A DNA stretch of 64,000 bases from Atribacterota bacterium (GTDB lineage: Bacteria > Atribacterota > Phoenicimicrobiia > Phoenicimicrobiales > Phoenicimicrobiaceae): assembly GCA_038203565.1 (NCBI GenBank), contig JBBRDV010000001.1:72335-136334 (forward strand). Direction: 5' to 3'. Positions within the stretch are counted from its first letter, which is position 1, and the number at the start of each line of letters is the position of its first letter. The notes under the pieces were generated by a model, which was not told the DNA's origin, did no database searches, and worked only from the letters and a program-made list of their open reading frames with translations. Position numbers and translations under genes: made by a program. This document shows, piece after piece, positions 39,615-49,942 of this stretch.

Positions 39615-41576
39615 TTTTATAAATAGAGGAACAAACACCAGAGCGACTATAGACATTACTTTAATTAATATATTCATAGAAGGGCCGGCAGTATCTTTAA
39701 GAGGATCACCTACAGTATCACCTATAACTGCGGCCTCATGGACTTTTGTACCTTTTCCCCCATAATTTCCCATTTCAATATATTTTTTGGCATTATCCCA
39801 AGCTCCTCCGGAATTGGCCATCTGTATAGCCAACAATACTCCTACTAACACTGCTCCAATCAACATTCCTCCCAATGCTTCTGGTCCAAGTACTATTCCT
39901 ACTACTATAGGGGCAATTATGGCTAACAACCCGGGCAATACCATCTCTTTTAAAGCTCCTTTAGTGCTAATATCTACACATCTCGCAGAATCCGGCTTAG
40001 CTTTTCCCTCTTTCAAACCAGGAATTTCTCTAAATTGCCTTCGAACTTCTTCTATCATTAAGAAAGCTGTTTTCCCTACTGCATTTATGGCTAAAGCAGA
40101 AAAAAGATAAGGCAAAAGACCACCTATAAACATCCCGGCTACCACTATCGGATTGGTTATGCTTATAGTTTCTAAACCTACAGATTTACAATAAGCTGAA
40201 AATAAAGCCAAAGCAGTTAATGCTGCTGAGCCGATAGCAAAACCCTTTCCAATAGCAGCTGTGGTATTTCCTACAGCATCTAATGAATCGGTAATTTTTC
40301 GAACCTTGGGATCCAGCCCGGCCATTTCGGCAATTCCACCCGAATTATCAGCAATCGGACCATAGGAATCAACGGAAACCGTCATGCCGACTATAGAAAG
40401 CATTCCTACCGCTGAAACAGCAATACCGTATAAACCCGCGAATTTATAGGCAACTAATACCGTAAAGGCAATCACGAGTAGTGGTATAGCAGTACTTTGC
40501 ATACCGACAGCCAATCCCGAAATAATGGTAGTTGCTGCTCCGGTAAGTGATGATTTAGAAATTGATTTTACCGGAGGATAATGGTAAGAGGTATAATATT
40601 CAGTTACTAATCCGATAATTATACCGGCAATCAATCCAGCGGTAGTGGCATAAAATACATTTAAACTATTAAATAAAACATTAGAAAGAAAAGCAGAAGC
40701 AATAATAACTAAAAATCCGCTTGCCAAAGTTCCTTTGGTTAAAGCAAGATTTAGATTCTTTTCACTTTTAGTATTTACAAAAAAGGTGCCTATAATAGAA
40801 GAAATTGCCCCACAAGCAGCTAACAATAGAGGGAACATAACTCCTTTAGCCCCTTCAAATAATAATCCACCTAAGATCATGCTGGAAATAATTGCACCTA
40901 CATAAGATTCAAATAGGTCTGCACCCATTCCGGCTATATCCCCTACATTATCCCCTACATTATCAGCGATAACTGCCGGGTTACGAGGGTCATCTTCGGG
41001 TATCCCTACTTCCACCTTTCCCACTAAATCAGCTCCCACATCTGCTGCCTTAGTAAATATTCCACCACCTACTCTGGCAAATAAGGCTATAGAGCTCGCG
41101 CCTAAAGCAAATCCATTTATAATTTCCGGGTCTCTGATGAAGTAATATAAAATACCTAAACCTAATAATCCAAAACCTGCTACCGACATACCCATTACTG
41201 CACCACCGGAAAAAGCAATTTTTAATGCTTTGCTTATTCCGCCATCCATGGCAGCATGAGCAGTCCTCGAATTTGCTTTAGTGGCAATTTTCATTCCGGT
41301 TAAACCTGCTAATCCAGAACAAATTGCCCCCACCACAAAAGATAAGCTGGTAATAGGGTTTCTCACCCAGCCCAGTACAAGACTAACTACAATGATAAAA
41401 AATACTAAAACGCTATATTCTCTTTTTAAAAAAGCCATAGCTCCCTGTTCAATCATCTTTGATATTTCTTGCATTAATTCATTTCCCGGTTTTTCTCTAA
41501 TTACCTTCAGAGAAAGAAATACGGCAAATATAAGGCTAATTATGCCACTAAGAGGGATTAACAGTTCAATTTGCAT
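39612..41576 (-). CDS. hppA: membrane-bound ion-translocating pyrophosphatase
   Basis: 654-aa polytopic protein with the V-PPase signature GDNVGD..DLFESY.. and GDTVGDP.. Confidence 0.9.
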   Translation of the reverse strand: MQIELLIPLSGIISLIFAVFLSLKVIREKPGNELMQEISKMIEQGAMAFLKREYSVLVFFIIVVSLVLGWVRNPITSLSFVVGAICSGLAGLTGMKIATKANSRTAHAAMDGGISKALKIAFSGGAVMGMSVAGFGLLGLGILYYFIRDPEIINGFALGASSIALFARVGGGIFTKAADVGADLVGKVEVGIPEDDPRNPAVIADNVGDNVGDIAGMGADLFESYVGAIISSMILGGLLFEGAKGVMFPLLLAACGAISSIIGTFFVNTKSEKNLNLALTKGTLASGFLVIIASAFLSNVLFNSLNVFYATTAGLIAGIIIGLVTEYYTSYHYPPVKSISKSSLTGAATTIISGLAVGMQSTAIPLLVIAFTVLVAYKFAGLYGIAVSAVGMLSIVGMTVSVDSYGPIADNSGGIAEMAGLDPKVRKITDSLDAVGNTTAAIGKGFAIGSAALTALALFSAYCKSVGLETISITNPIVVAGMFIGGLLPYLFSALAINAVGKTAFLMIEEVRRQFREIPGLKEGKAKPDSARCVDISTKGALKEMVLPGLLAIIAPIVVGIVLGPEALGGMLIGAVLVGVLLAIQMANSGGAWDNAKKYIEMGNYGGKGTKVHEAAVIGDTVGDPLKDTAGPSMNILIKVMSIVALVFVPLFIK

Positions 41577-41661
41577 GTTACTTTATATCCTTTCTTTTTA
41601 TTTACATTTCATTTTCTTATTTAAGTGTTTAGGGGTATATTAAATACGCACCTATAACTTT

Positions 41662-41687
41662 TGATTTATATTTTGATTTATATTTTG
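41662..41687. repeat. 13-bp tandem direct repeat (TGATTTATATTTT)x2 in hppA upstream region
   Basis: Read directly from the sequence. Confidence 0.8.
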
Positions 41688-41724
41688 TACTTTTCAATTA
41701 CCGCTATAAGCTATTTTCTATCAT

Positions 41725-41754
41725 TCTCCAATTGGATAATTGGCCAATTGGAGA
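41725..41754. promoter_or_regulatory. 30-bp palindrome between ppdK and hppA
   Basis: TCTCCAATTGG-ATAATTGG-CCAATTGGAGA. Perfect 11-bp arms; the core CCAATTGG is itself palindromic. Candidate operator upstream of hppA. Confidence 0.45.
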
Positions 41755-41766
41755 ATCGGTGAATTA

Positions 41767-44427
41767 TTATTTTTTATCTATATTTTTTTCTTTTATTACC
41801 GCCTGCGCAGCTGCTAATCGGGCAATAGGGACTCTAAAAGGCGAACAGCTCACATAGCTTAAGCCTACAGAATGACAAAATTCGACCGATTGTGGCTCTC
41901 CACCGTGCTCTCCGCAAATTCCTACTTCTAAGTTAGGACGGGTTTTCCTTCCTAACTTTGTACCCAGCTTAACTAATTCTCCTACTCCTTCTCGATCTAA
42001 AACCTCAAAAGGATTATCTTCTAAAATTTTATCATCAACGTATTTTAATAAGAATTTTCCCTCAGCATCATCCCGGCTTATACCAAAAGCTGTCTGGGTT
42101 AAATCATTGGTACCGAAAGAAAAGAATTCAGCTTCTTCTGCTATCTTATCAGCAGTTAAAGCAGCCCGTGGTAACTCAATCATAGTCCCGACTTTATACT
42201 CTAATTCTACCTCTGCAGATTTTATCTTTTCGTTAGCAATTTCTCTAGTTCTTTTGCATATCGGTCTAAATTCGTTTATATGACTTACCAGAGGAATCAT
42301 TATTTCAGGTTTTACTTTGACACCCTTTTTAGTTAATTCTATGGCAGCTTCTATGATAGCTTCAACCTGCATATCATATATTTCCGGATATAATATGCCT
42401 AACCTACACCCTCGAAGCCCTAACATTGGATTTATTTCGTGTAAAGATTTAATTATTTCCAATAATTTTTCCTTCTTGGCAAGTTCTGCTAAATCGTTAT
42501 TTTTTAATTTTAAAGTAGTTACCTCTATTAAAGTATCTTCAAGGTTGGGTAAAAATTCGTGAAGTGGCGGATCGAGAAGTCTGATAATTACCGGTAGCCC
42601 TTCCATGGCCTTTAAAATGCCTATAAAATCACTTTTCTGCATAGGTAGTAATTTTTTTAAGGCCTCTGCTCTACTTTTTTTAGTATCAGCCATAATCATT
42701 TTTTGGACAATGGGTAAACGTTCCTGCGCCATAAACATATGCTCAGTTCTGGTGAGCCCTATGCCCTCCGCCCCTAATTTTCTGGCTTTTTGTGCTTCTT
42801 CCGGGGTATCGGCATTAGCGTACACACCTAAACGTTTTATTTTGTCTGCCCAGGATAGCAGGGTCTCAAATTCCTGACTCATTTTCGGTTCAATGGTAGG
42901 CACTTTTCCCAGAAATACTTCACCGGTTCCGCCATCTATAGTGATAAATTCGTCTTTTTTTATTACCAAGTCATTAACAGAAATAGTTTCTTTTTTTGCA
43001 TTAATATTCAAAGCACTACAACCGGCTACACAAGCCTTACCCATCCCTCTTGCCACAACTGCCGCATGACTGGTCATACCTCCCCTGCTGGTAAGAACAC
43101 CCTGAGCTTCTACCATGCCATGGATGTCATCCGGAGTGGTTTCTGATCTTACCAATATTACCTTTTCTCCTTTTTTTCCTAATTCTTCTGCTTCATCAGC
43201 GGTGAAGATCACTTTTCCATAAGCGGCGCCCGGAGAAGCCGGTAATCCTTTGGCAATTACTTCCACTTTTGCTTTGGGATCTATTCTTCTGTGTAACAGC
43301 TGATTTAATTGATTTGGTTCTATTCTTAGGATTGCCTCTTCTTTGGTAATTATTCCTTCTTCTACCATATCAACAGCAATTTTAAGAGCAGACTGGGCAG
43401 TTCTTTTACCGGTTCTGGTCTGAAGCAAGTAAAGTTTTCCTTTTTCAATGGTAAATTCATAATCTTGAATATCTCTATAATGCTTTTCTAAAAGTGTAAC
43501 TATCTTTATAAGTTCTTTATAAGCTTTTGGTAAATCGTTTTTGAGATTAGATAAAGGTAAAGGTGTTCTGATACCGGCAACTACATCTTCTCCCTGAGCA
43601 TTCAGTAGATATTCTCCATAATCTTCTTTTTTCCCGGTAGAAGGATTTCTGGTAAATCCAACCCCTGTTCCCGAATCTTCTCCCATATTACCGAAAACCA
43701 TCTCTTGAACATTAACTGCTGTCCCCAAATCATCGGGAATTTTATTAATCCTACGATAGGTTACTGCCCTTTTAGTGTTCCAGGAATTAAATACAGCATC
43801 TATAGCCATCTTTAATTGAGCTTTAGGTTCTTGAGGAAAATATTCTCCGGTCTCTTTTTTAATCAGTTTTTTGTATCTCTCCACTAATATTTTCAGACCT
43901 TCACAGTCAATTTCCGTATCTAATTTTAGGCTAAGTTCTTTTTTAAGCCCTTCCAAAAGGTATTCAAATTTATCATGTTCAATACCCAGAACTACATTTC
44001 CAAACATCTGCATAAAGCGTCGATAACTATCGTAAGCGAAACGCTCATTTTTTGTTTTTTCTACAATTCCCAGAATAGTAATATCATTTAACCCTAAATT
44101 TAGAACTGTATCCATCATACCGGGCATGGAAATTGGTGCACCGGAACGAACTGAGACTAACAAAGGATTTTTGGAATCTCCAAATGCTTTTTTAGATACC
44201 TGTTCTAATTTATTTAAATTTTTCTCTATCTGCTCCTCTAATCCTTGAGGATATTTTTTTTCATTTTTATAATATTCCACACATACTTCTGTAGTGATAG
44301 TAAATCCCTGAGGAACAGGAAGGCCTATTCGGGTCATTTCTGCCAGACCTGCACCTTTTCCTCCTAAAATGGATTTCATATCCCCTTTTCCTTCATCAAA
44401 AAAATAGACATATTTCTTCATACTCAT
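41767..44427 (-). CDS. ppdK: pyruvate, phosphate dikinase
   Basis: 886 aa with ATP-grasp, phosphohistidine (GGMTSHAAVVARG) and PEP-utilising TIM barrel domains. Confidence 0.95.
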   Translation of the reverse strand: MSMKKYVYFFDEGKGDMKSILGGKGAGLAEMTRIGLPVPQGFTITTEVCVEYYKNEKKYPQGLEEQIEKNLNKLEQVSKKAFGDSKNPLLVSVRSGAPISMPGMMDTVLNLGLNDITILGIVEKTKNERFAYDSYRRFMQMFGNVVLGIEHDKFEYLLEGLKKELSLKLDTEIDCEGLKILVERYKKLIKKETGEYFPQEPKAQLKMAIDAVFNSWNTKRAVTYRRINKIPDDLGTAVNVQEMVFGNMGEDSGTGVGFTRNPSTGKKEDYGEYLLNAQGEDVVAGIRTPLPLSNLKNDLPKAYKELIKIVTLLEKHYRDIQDYEFTIEKGKLYLLQTRTGKRTAQSALKIAVDMVEEGIITKEEAILRIEPNQLNQLLHRRIDPKAKVEVIAKGLPASPGAAYGKVIFTADEAEELGKKGEKVILVRSETTPDDIHGMVEAQGVLTSRGGMTSHAAVVARGMGKACVAGCSALNINAKKETISVNDLVIKKDEFITIDGGTGEVFLGKVPTIEPKMSQEFETLLSWADKIKRLGVYANADTPEEAQKARKLGAEGIGLTRTEHMFMAQERLPIVQKMIMADTKKSRAEALKKLLPMQKSDFIGILKAMEGLPVIIRLLDPPLHEFLPNLEDTLIEVTTLKLKNNDLAELAKKEKLLEIIKSLHEINPMLGLRGCRLGILYPEIYDMQVEAIIEAAIELTKKGVKVKPEIMIPLVSHINEFRPICKRTREIANEKIKSAEVELEYKVGTMIELPRAALTADKIAEEAEFFSFGTNDLTQTAFGISRDDAEGKFLLKYVDDKILEDNPFEVLDREGVGELVKLGTKLGRKTRPNLEVGICGEHGGEPQSVEFCHSVGLSYVSCSPFRVPIARLAAAQAVIKEKNIDKK

Positions 44428-45242
44428 TTTTCCTCCTTTATAATTTTAAGTATATTTGTGGCAATGTCTTCTATGGCCATATTGGTTACGTTAATTATCG
44501 GACATCCGATTTTTTTATAAATAATATCTGCATATTTTAACTCTTTAATTACTCTTTCTTTTTTATTATATACACCCTCGTCTGGTAGCCCTAATGCCTT
44601 TAATCGTTCACTTCTTATCTCGATTAATTTATCGGGGTCCATGGTTAAACCAACTACTTTTTCCGGCGGTAAACTAAATATTTCAGTTGGCGGTTCAAAT
44701 TCAAAATCTAATACTATATTGGCCACCTTTATCCCTTTATAGGCAAGATACATACTAAGTGGTGTTTTTGAAGTTCGAGAAACCCCTAATATTACCAGAT
44801 CAGCTTTAGATAACTCTAATTCTCTCTGGCAGGCATCATACTTCACCGCAAATTCCATTGCTTCCATTCTTTTAAAATATTCTTTATCTATTTTTCTAAT
44901 AATCCCCGCTTCTAATTTAGGTCTGATTCCGCTTATCCTTTCAATATTTTCTATCATTGGACCAAGCATGTCGAAGGAAACAACAGATTGCTTTTTAGAT
45001 TCCTCTTTCAGAAATAATCTTAATTCTGGTTTTACAATAGTATAGACTATAAAGTCTTTTTCTTTATTGAGTTGACTTATTATCCCTGTAATATCTTTTT
45101 TAGATTCAATGTGGGAAAATAATTTTAACTTAATATCATCAGAATCAAACTGACTAAGCGCAGCATGCACTACATTTTGAGCAGTTTCGCCGGTAGAATC
45201 AGAAATTATATAGACAGTGGGTTTAAATTTAACACTATCCAT
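44424..45242 (-). CDS. pyruvate, phosphate dikinase regulatory protein (PDRP, DUF299 kinase/pyrophosphorylase)
   Basis: ..VYIISDSTGETA.. and GVSRTSKTPLS P-loop-like motifs. 4-nt overlap with ppdK. Confidence 0.85.
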   Translation of the reverse strand: MDSVKFKPTVYIISDSTGETAQNVVHAALSQFDSDDIKLKLFSHIESKKDITGIISQLNKEKDFIVYTIVKPELRLFLKEESKKQSVVSFDMLGPMIENIERISGIRPKLEAGIIRKIDKEYFKRMEAMEFAVKYDACQRELELSKADLVILGVSRTSKTPLSMYLAYKGIKVANIVLDFEFEPPTEIFSLPPEKVVGLTMDPDKLIEIRSERLKALGLPDEGVYNKKERVIKELKYADIIYKKIGCPIINVTNMAIEDIATNILKIIKEEK

Positions 45243-45244
45243 AA

Positions 45245-47347
45245 TTACTCCCTCCCCTCTTTTATAGAAACAATTTTGGATAAATAAGCTACCTGGTTAA
45301 ACAATATTCCTATTTTCTTGATAAGTGCGACCCTATTCTTTCTGATGCCTTTATCTTTGTCCATTACCAACACCTGGTCAAAAAACTCATCGACCGGTTC
45401 GCATAAATCTCCCAATAATTTAAATACTTCTTTATACTCTTTGTTACAAATAAATTCGCTTGTTCGCAGATAAATACTTTCATAATTATAATATAAACTT
45501 AACTCTGCTTTTTCCTTTAATAGTGAAGGGTCAATCTCAGTTTCTTCATAATTTTTTGATAAATTTAATACCCTGCTTGATGAGTTAAGTATTTTTCTAA
45601 AAATGGGCTGATTATATAATTTCTCTATAGTGTTTATCCTATGTTTAATATCAACTACATCTCCATCGCTATCCACAGCCAAAACTGCGTCAATTACATC
45701 ATAGCGAATCCCCTCTTCTAAAAAGATATTTATTACTCTTTGTTTGAAAAAATTTAATGTCTGGGACACCACCTCATTTTCATCAATTTTTAATTCCAAC
45801 GAACCACTTTCTTTGTATAAGGATAAAGATTTCCGAATAATATCTTTTAACGAAATTTGCAGGTTGTTTTTCAAAATTATGGCAATTTGTCCGCGAGATT
45901 GTCTTCTCAATCCGTAAGGGTCCTGTGATCCTGTTGGGATTAAGCCCATTACGAAACAGCCAATAATACTATCCAATTTATCAGCAATCCCTAAAATTAT
46001 ACCACTTTTAGTTAGGGGTAACCTATCCCCTGAAAAGCGAGGGAGATAATGTTCAAAGATAGCTTCCGCTACTTCTTTTCTTTCACCCGATAAAACTGCA
46101 TATTCTTTTCCCATTATTCCCTGTAACTCTGGAAATTCTTTTACCATTTCAGTAACCAAATCTGCTTTGCACAGATGAGCAGACCTTAAAAGATCTTTTT
46201 TAACTTTCTGTTCAACCTGCAAACTATCTGAAATGTAGTCACACAGCAATTCTAATCTCTCTGTTTTATCAAAAAGGCTTCCCAGATTTTCCTGGAAAGT
46301 AACATTTTTTAATTTACCCGCCCTTTTCTCTAAAGGAATCTTCTGGTCTTCCTGGTAGAAAAATTTTGCATCTTCCAACCTGGCTCTGAGAACATTTTCG
46401 TTACCCTCTCTAATTTTAGAAGCATACTTCTTGGAGTTATTGATAATTACAATAAATAGAGGAAGTAATTCATTCTTGTTTTTAAAAACAGGAAAATATT
46501 TTTGATGTTTTTCCATAACTATAGTTAAGACATCCTTGGGCAATTCTAAATATTTTTTATCATAACTTCCTAAAATTGCATTGGGATATTCAACTAAATA
46601 AATTATTTCCTTTAACTGTTTTTCATTTATTATTTTTTCCCCACCAATTTCTTTAATTATCTGTTCTATATCTGTTCTAACTATATTTTCTCTAATTTTG
46701 GGATCGACTATTACATAATTTTTTTCTAGCTTCTTGAAATATTCCTGAGTAGAAGATATTTTGATTTTTTGAGGCGCCAAAAGTCTATTACCGTAAGTAA
46801 TATTTTCAGAATCTAAACCATTTAGATTGAATTTGATTATTTCTTGTCCATACAGGGCAAGTATCCATCTTATAGGACGGATAAATCGCAATGATCTTTC
46901 TCCCCAGCGCATTGATTTAGGAAATTGTATGCCCGTTATTATTTTAGGAAATATCCGGGATAATATTTCAATAGTTGGCTGGCCTATTATGGATTTGGAG
47001 GCAAAAATATATTTCCCTTTTTCGGTGTCTTCGACTATTAAATCCTCAACATTTAACCCCTGGCTTTGGGCAAATCTCAGGGCAGGTTTTTGGGGTTGCA
47101 AATCTTTATTATAAGCAATTGAATAGGCAGGTCCTTTAATCTTTTGAAAAATGTCTTCCTGTTTTTCTTTAATGTGGAAGATGAATAATGTTAATCTTCG
47201 AGGAGTGCCATAAACCTTTATTTCTTTATAATTTATTCTGGCTTCTTCTAAATATTTTTGTGCTAACTGATTTAAATCTTTTAGGGCATTCTCCATATAC
47301 TGCGCCGGTATTTCTTCGCTTCCAATTTCTAAAATGACATTCTCCAT
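45245..47347 (-). CDS. glyS: glycine--tRNA ligase beta subunit
   Basis: 700 aa GlyS family. Abuts and overlaps PDRP by 1 nt. Confidence 0.9.
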   Translation of the reverse strand: MENVILEIGSEEIPAQYMENALKDLNQLAQKYLEEARINYKEIKVYGTPRRLTLFIFHIKEKQEDIFQKIKGPAYSIAYNKDLQPQKPALRFAQSQGLNVEDLIVEDTEKGKYIFASKSIIGQPTIEILSRIFPKIITGIQFPKSMRWGERSLRFIRPIRWILALYGQEIIKFNLNGLDSENITYGNRLLAPQKIKISSTQEYFKKLEKNYVIVDPKIRENIVRTDIEQIIKEIGGEKIINEKQLKEIIYLVEYPNAILGSYDKKYLELPKDVLTIVMEKHQKYFPVFKNKNELLPLFIVIINNSKKYASKIREGNENVLRARLEDAKFFYQEDQKIPLEKRAGKLKNVTFQENLGSLFDKTERLELLCDYISDSLQVEQKVKKDLLRSAHLCKADLVTEMVKEFPELQGIMGKEYAVLSGERKEVAEAIFEHYLPRFSGDRLPLTKSGIILGIADKLDSIIGCFVMGLIPTGSQDPYGLRRQSRGQIAIILKNNLQISLKDIIRKSLSLYKESGSLELKIDENEVVSQTLNFFKQRVINIFLEEGIRYDVIDAVLAVDSDGDVVDIKHRINTIEKLYNQPIFRKILNSSSRVLNLSKNYEETEIDPSLLKEKAELSLYYNYESIYLRTSEFICNKEYKEVFKLLGDLCEPVDEFFDQVLVMDKDKGIRKNRVALIKKIGILFNQVAYLSKIVSIKEGRE

Positions 47348-47371
47348 TAAATTTATCCTCTGCCTGGTCTT

Positions 47372-48241
47372 TTATTGCTTAATTAAGGGAAAACCTAATC
47401 TTCCCCTCTGCTTTACGTATTCTTCTGCACATAATCGGGCAATGTTTCTTACCCGGGAAATATATCCTGTTCTTTCTGAAACACTAATTGCACCTCGAGC
47501 ATCTAATAGATTAAAAGTATGGGAGCATTTTAATATATAGTCATATGCCGGTAAAGGCAGCTCTATTACTATTAATCTTCTGGCTTCTTTTTCATACATA
47601 TTAAAGAGGTTAAATAACATCAGTATGTCTGCTTCTTCAAAGTTATACTTAGATTGTTCTACTTCTGCTTGATAGCGTATGTCCCTATAGGTAATATTTT
47701 TACCCCATTTTAAGTCAAAAACATTATTCACATCCTGGATAACCATACCTAATCTCTCTAAACCATAGGTTATTTCAACCGGAATAATATCTAAATCAAG
47801 CCCGCCAGCTTGTTGAAAATAAGTAAATTGAGTTATTTCTAAGCCATCTAACCATACTTCCCAGCCTAATCCCCAGGCACCCAGGGTAGGGGCTTCCCAA
47901 TCACCTTCAATAAATCTTATATCATGCTCTTTTCTTGATATCCCCAAATTTTTTAAACTTTTAAAATAAATATCCTGCACATTTTCAGGAGAAGGTTTTA
48001 ATACAACCTGGAATTGATAATGTTGTTGTACTCTATTGGGATTTTCTCCATAACGTCCATCAGCAGGCCTGCGAGATGGTTCAACATAAGCTACTTTCCA
48101 TGGTTCAGGGCCTAATACTCTTAAAAAAGTGGTTGGGTTCATTGTTCCTGCCCCTTTTTCTGTATCATATGGCTGCTGAATGATACAACCCTGTTCTCCC
48201 CAAAATTTCTGTAAATTAAAAATTATCTCTTGAAAATCCAT
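47372..48241 (-). CDS. glyQ: glycine--tRNA ligase alpha subunit
   Basis: [31 protein letters not shown], a highly conserved GlyQ signature. Confidence 0.95.
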   Translation of the reverse strand: MDFQEIIFNLQKFWGEQGCIIQQPYDTEKGAGTMNPTTFLRVLGPEPWKVAYVEPSRRPADGRYGENPNRVQQHYQFQVVLKPSPENVQDIYFKSLKNLGISRKEHDIRFIEGDWEAPTLGAWGLGWEVWLDGLEITQFTYFQQAGGLDLDIIPVEITYGLERLGMVIQDVNNVFDLKWGKNITYRDIRYQAEVEQSKYNFEEADILMLFNLFNMYEKEARRLIVIELPLPAYDYILKCSHTFNLLDARGAISVSERTGYISRVRNIARLCAEEYVKQRGRLGFPLIKQ

Positions 48242-48277
48242 ATTAACATCTCTTTCTCTCTTAATTACTAATGAAAT

Positions 48278-48326
48278 TCCCTCTCATAGAGATTTTCTGA
48301 AAACTATTATCTGTTAGAGAGAGGGA
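48278..48326 (-). promoter_or_regulatory. hairpin in glyQ leader
   Basis: 8-bp stem TCCCTCTC / GAGAGGGA with a ~33-nt interior. No T-box consensus is present. Confidence 0.4.
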
Positions 48327-48342
48327 CAATATTTTATTTGTT

Positions 48343-48371
48343 AATATATCAAAATCAGCCTTAATTGTCAA
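48343..48371 (-). promoter_or_regulatory. putative sigmaA promoter of glyQ-glyS-PDRP-ppdK
   Basis: Minus strand TTGACA (48366-48371), a 17-nt spacer, then TATATT (48343-48348). Gives a ~95-nt leader to the glyQ ATG. Confidence 0.5.
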
Positions 48372-48374
48372 CGT

Positions 48375-48672
48375 AACTAAATATAGTATCGAGTATCAAG
48401 TATCCAGTATCGAGCGAAGGAAATCGGTTGTCAGTTATCGGTTATAATTTTTAAATAAAGAAATAAAAAGAATTGGATTCTGTATTCTGACTTCTTTTTA
48501 TTAACTAACCAGCAAGGGATGCAATGTGTAACATTTGGTAAGTAACGTGTAATAAGTAACCCGTTGTTGTAAATCCAGAACTATAGTTTTATTACATATT
48601 ACTTAATACTGTGTTCTTTTCACTCTACGCTAAACGCTCCACACTAGTTTGCACGAGATACGAGATACGAAT
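48375..48672. repeat. two repeat clusters in the recO-glyQ spacer
   Basis: 48380-48415 TATCGAGTATCAAGTATCCAGTATCGAG (TCGAGTA-type heptads) and 48612-48672 CTCTACGCTAAACGCTCCACACTAGTTTGCACGAGATACGAGATACGA. Confidence 0.65.
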
Positions 48673-48680
48673 TTAGCCAG

Positions 48681-49424
48681 CTACAGAAATTTCAAAAATC
48701 TATCTGTTTTAAAACTTTTTTCTGAATGATAGGCTATATATAAATCAGTTATTTTCCCTAATTCTTTTATTTTTTCATCAGGGATGGTAGCGTTTGATAT
48801 AGTAGATAAAGGCGTAATTAGTATTTTCCTTACTAATTTATTAAAATAAATAGAAACTTTAACACACCCTTCTTTATCTTTGACTATACAATTATTACAC
48901 ACCAGTCCGCCTTCTTTTATATTAAAATACATCTCTTTTTGGTCTTCTACACTTTTATTGCATCTGCAACAATGATTAAGTGAGGGTCTATATCCTAAAA
49001 TTGACATAGTTTGCCATTTGAAAGATAAGGTCAGTAATTTTGGATTATTAGATTCCCTCAAATAATGTAAAACCTCTTTTAGTAAATTAAACAGATCAAT
49101 ATTTTTCTCCCGCTCTTCGGTTAATTTATTAACTACCTCCACACAATTGGCAGCAAAAGCAAATTTAATAACTTCTTTGCTCGCTGAGAAAAAAGATTCT
49201 AAAATTTCGGCCTCACTGACAATATCAATATTTCTACCTTTATAAAACAAAAAGACAGAGTGAGTTAATATTTCCAAACTGCTTCCGAATTTACTTTTTG
49301 TCTTTCGGACTCCTTTGGCAATGGCGGTAATCTTACCATAATTTTTGGTATATATATTAACAATTTTGTCAGCTTCTTCATACTCCATACTTTTTAAGAC
49401 TATACCTTCTGTTTTATACAACAT
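48681..49424 (-). CDS. recO: DNA repair protein RecO
   Basis: N-terminal OB fold plus a C4 zinc motif (CCRCNK..CNNC). Confidence 0.85.
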   Translation of the reverse strand: MLYKTEGIVLKSMEYEEADKIVNIYTKNYGKITAIAKGVRKTKSKFGSSLEILTHSVFLFYKGRNIDIVSEAEILESFFSASKEVIKFAFAANCVEVVNKLTEEREKNIDLFNLLKEVLHYLRESNNPKLLTLSFKWQTMSILGYRPSLNHCCRCNKSVEDQKEMYFNIKEGGLVCNNCIVKDKEGCVKVSIYFNKLVRKILITPLSTISNATIPDEKIKELGKITDLYIAYHSEKSFKTDRFLKFL

Positions 49425-49442
49425 ACTATAAGATAATCTCCC

Positions 49443-49841
49443 TTATAAAAGATCATTTTTACCAAATGCCTCAGGAAGCAATTCCTTTATTTTTTTAATC
49501 TTAACATCTCCCTTTAAATTCACCATAATCAGGGGAATATCTTCACCAAATTCTGATATTACCTGCCGGCAAGCGCCACAGGGAGAACAGGGTTTATCTG
49601 TATCACCAATAACAGCGATAGCTTCAAATTTAGTTGAGCCCTCTGAAATAGCTTTAAAAATAGCGACTCTTTCTGCGCATACAGTCAAACCAAAAGATGC
49701 GTTCTCAATATTGCAGCCAGTAAATATTTTGCCATCAGCGCAGAGAACAGCAGCTCCCACTTGGAATTTAGAATAGGGAGTATAGGCCCTTTTTCTGACC
49801 TTTTCTGCTTCTTTAATTAATTTTTTAAATTCTTCTTTCAC
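49443..49841 (-). CDS. cdd: cytidine deaminase
   Basis: CAER, and PCGACRQV zinc-binding motifs. Confidence 0.9.
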   Translation of the reverse strand: MKEEFKKLIKEAEKVRKRAYTPYSKFQVGAAVLCADGKIFTGCNIENASFGLTVCAERVAIFKAISEGSTKFEAIAVIGDTDKPCSPCGACRQVISEFGEDIPLIMVNLKGDVKIKKIKELLPEAFGKNDLL

Positions 49842-49942
49842 AGTATTTTCACCTTCTTTATTTAAACCACGTCTTTGTTTCCTCTGGCACCAAATGAATC
49901 CATATTTTCCCCTGGTTTAAGTTTATAACATTTCCCTGGTTA

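Noticed and set aside
48242-48680. Expected glycine T-box riboswitch in the 439-bp glyQ leader/spacer
   Set aside because: I read the minus strand for the T-box consensus (AATTAGGGTGGNACCGCG) and for any GGTGG / CCGCG pair and found none. The spacer instead holds a promoter, one hairpin and two repeat clusters. A covariance-model search would be needed to be certain.
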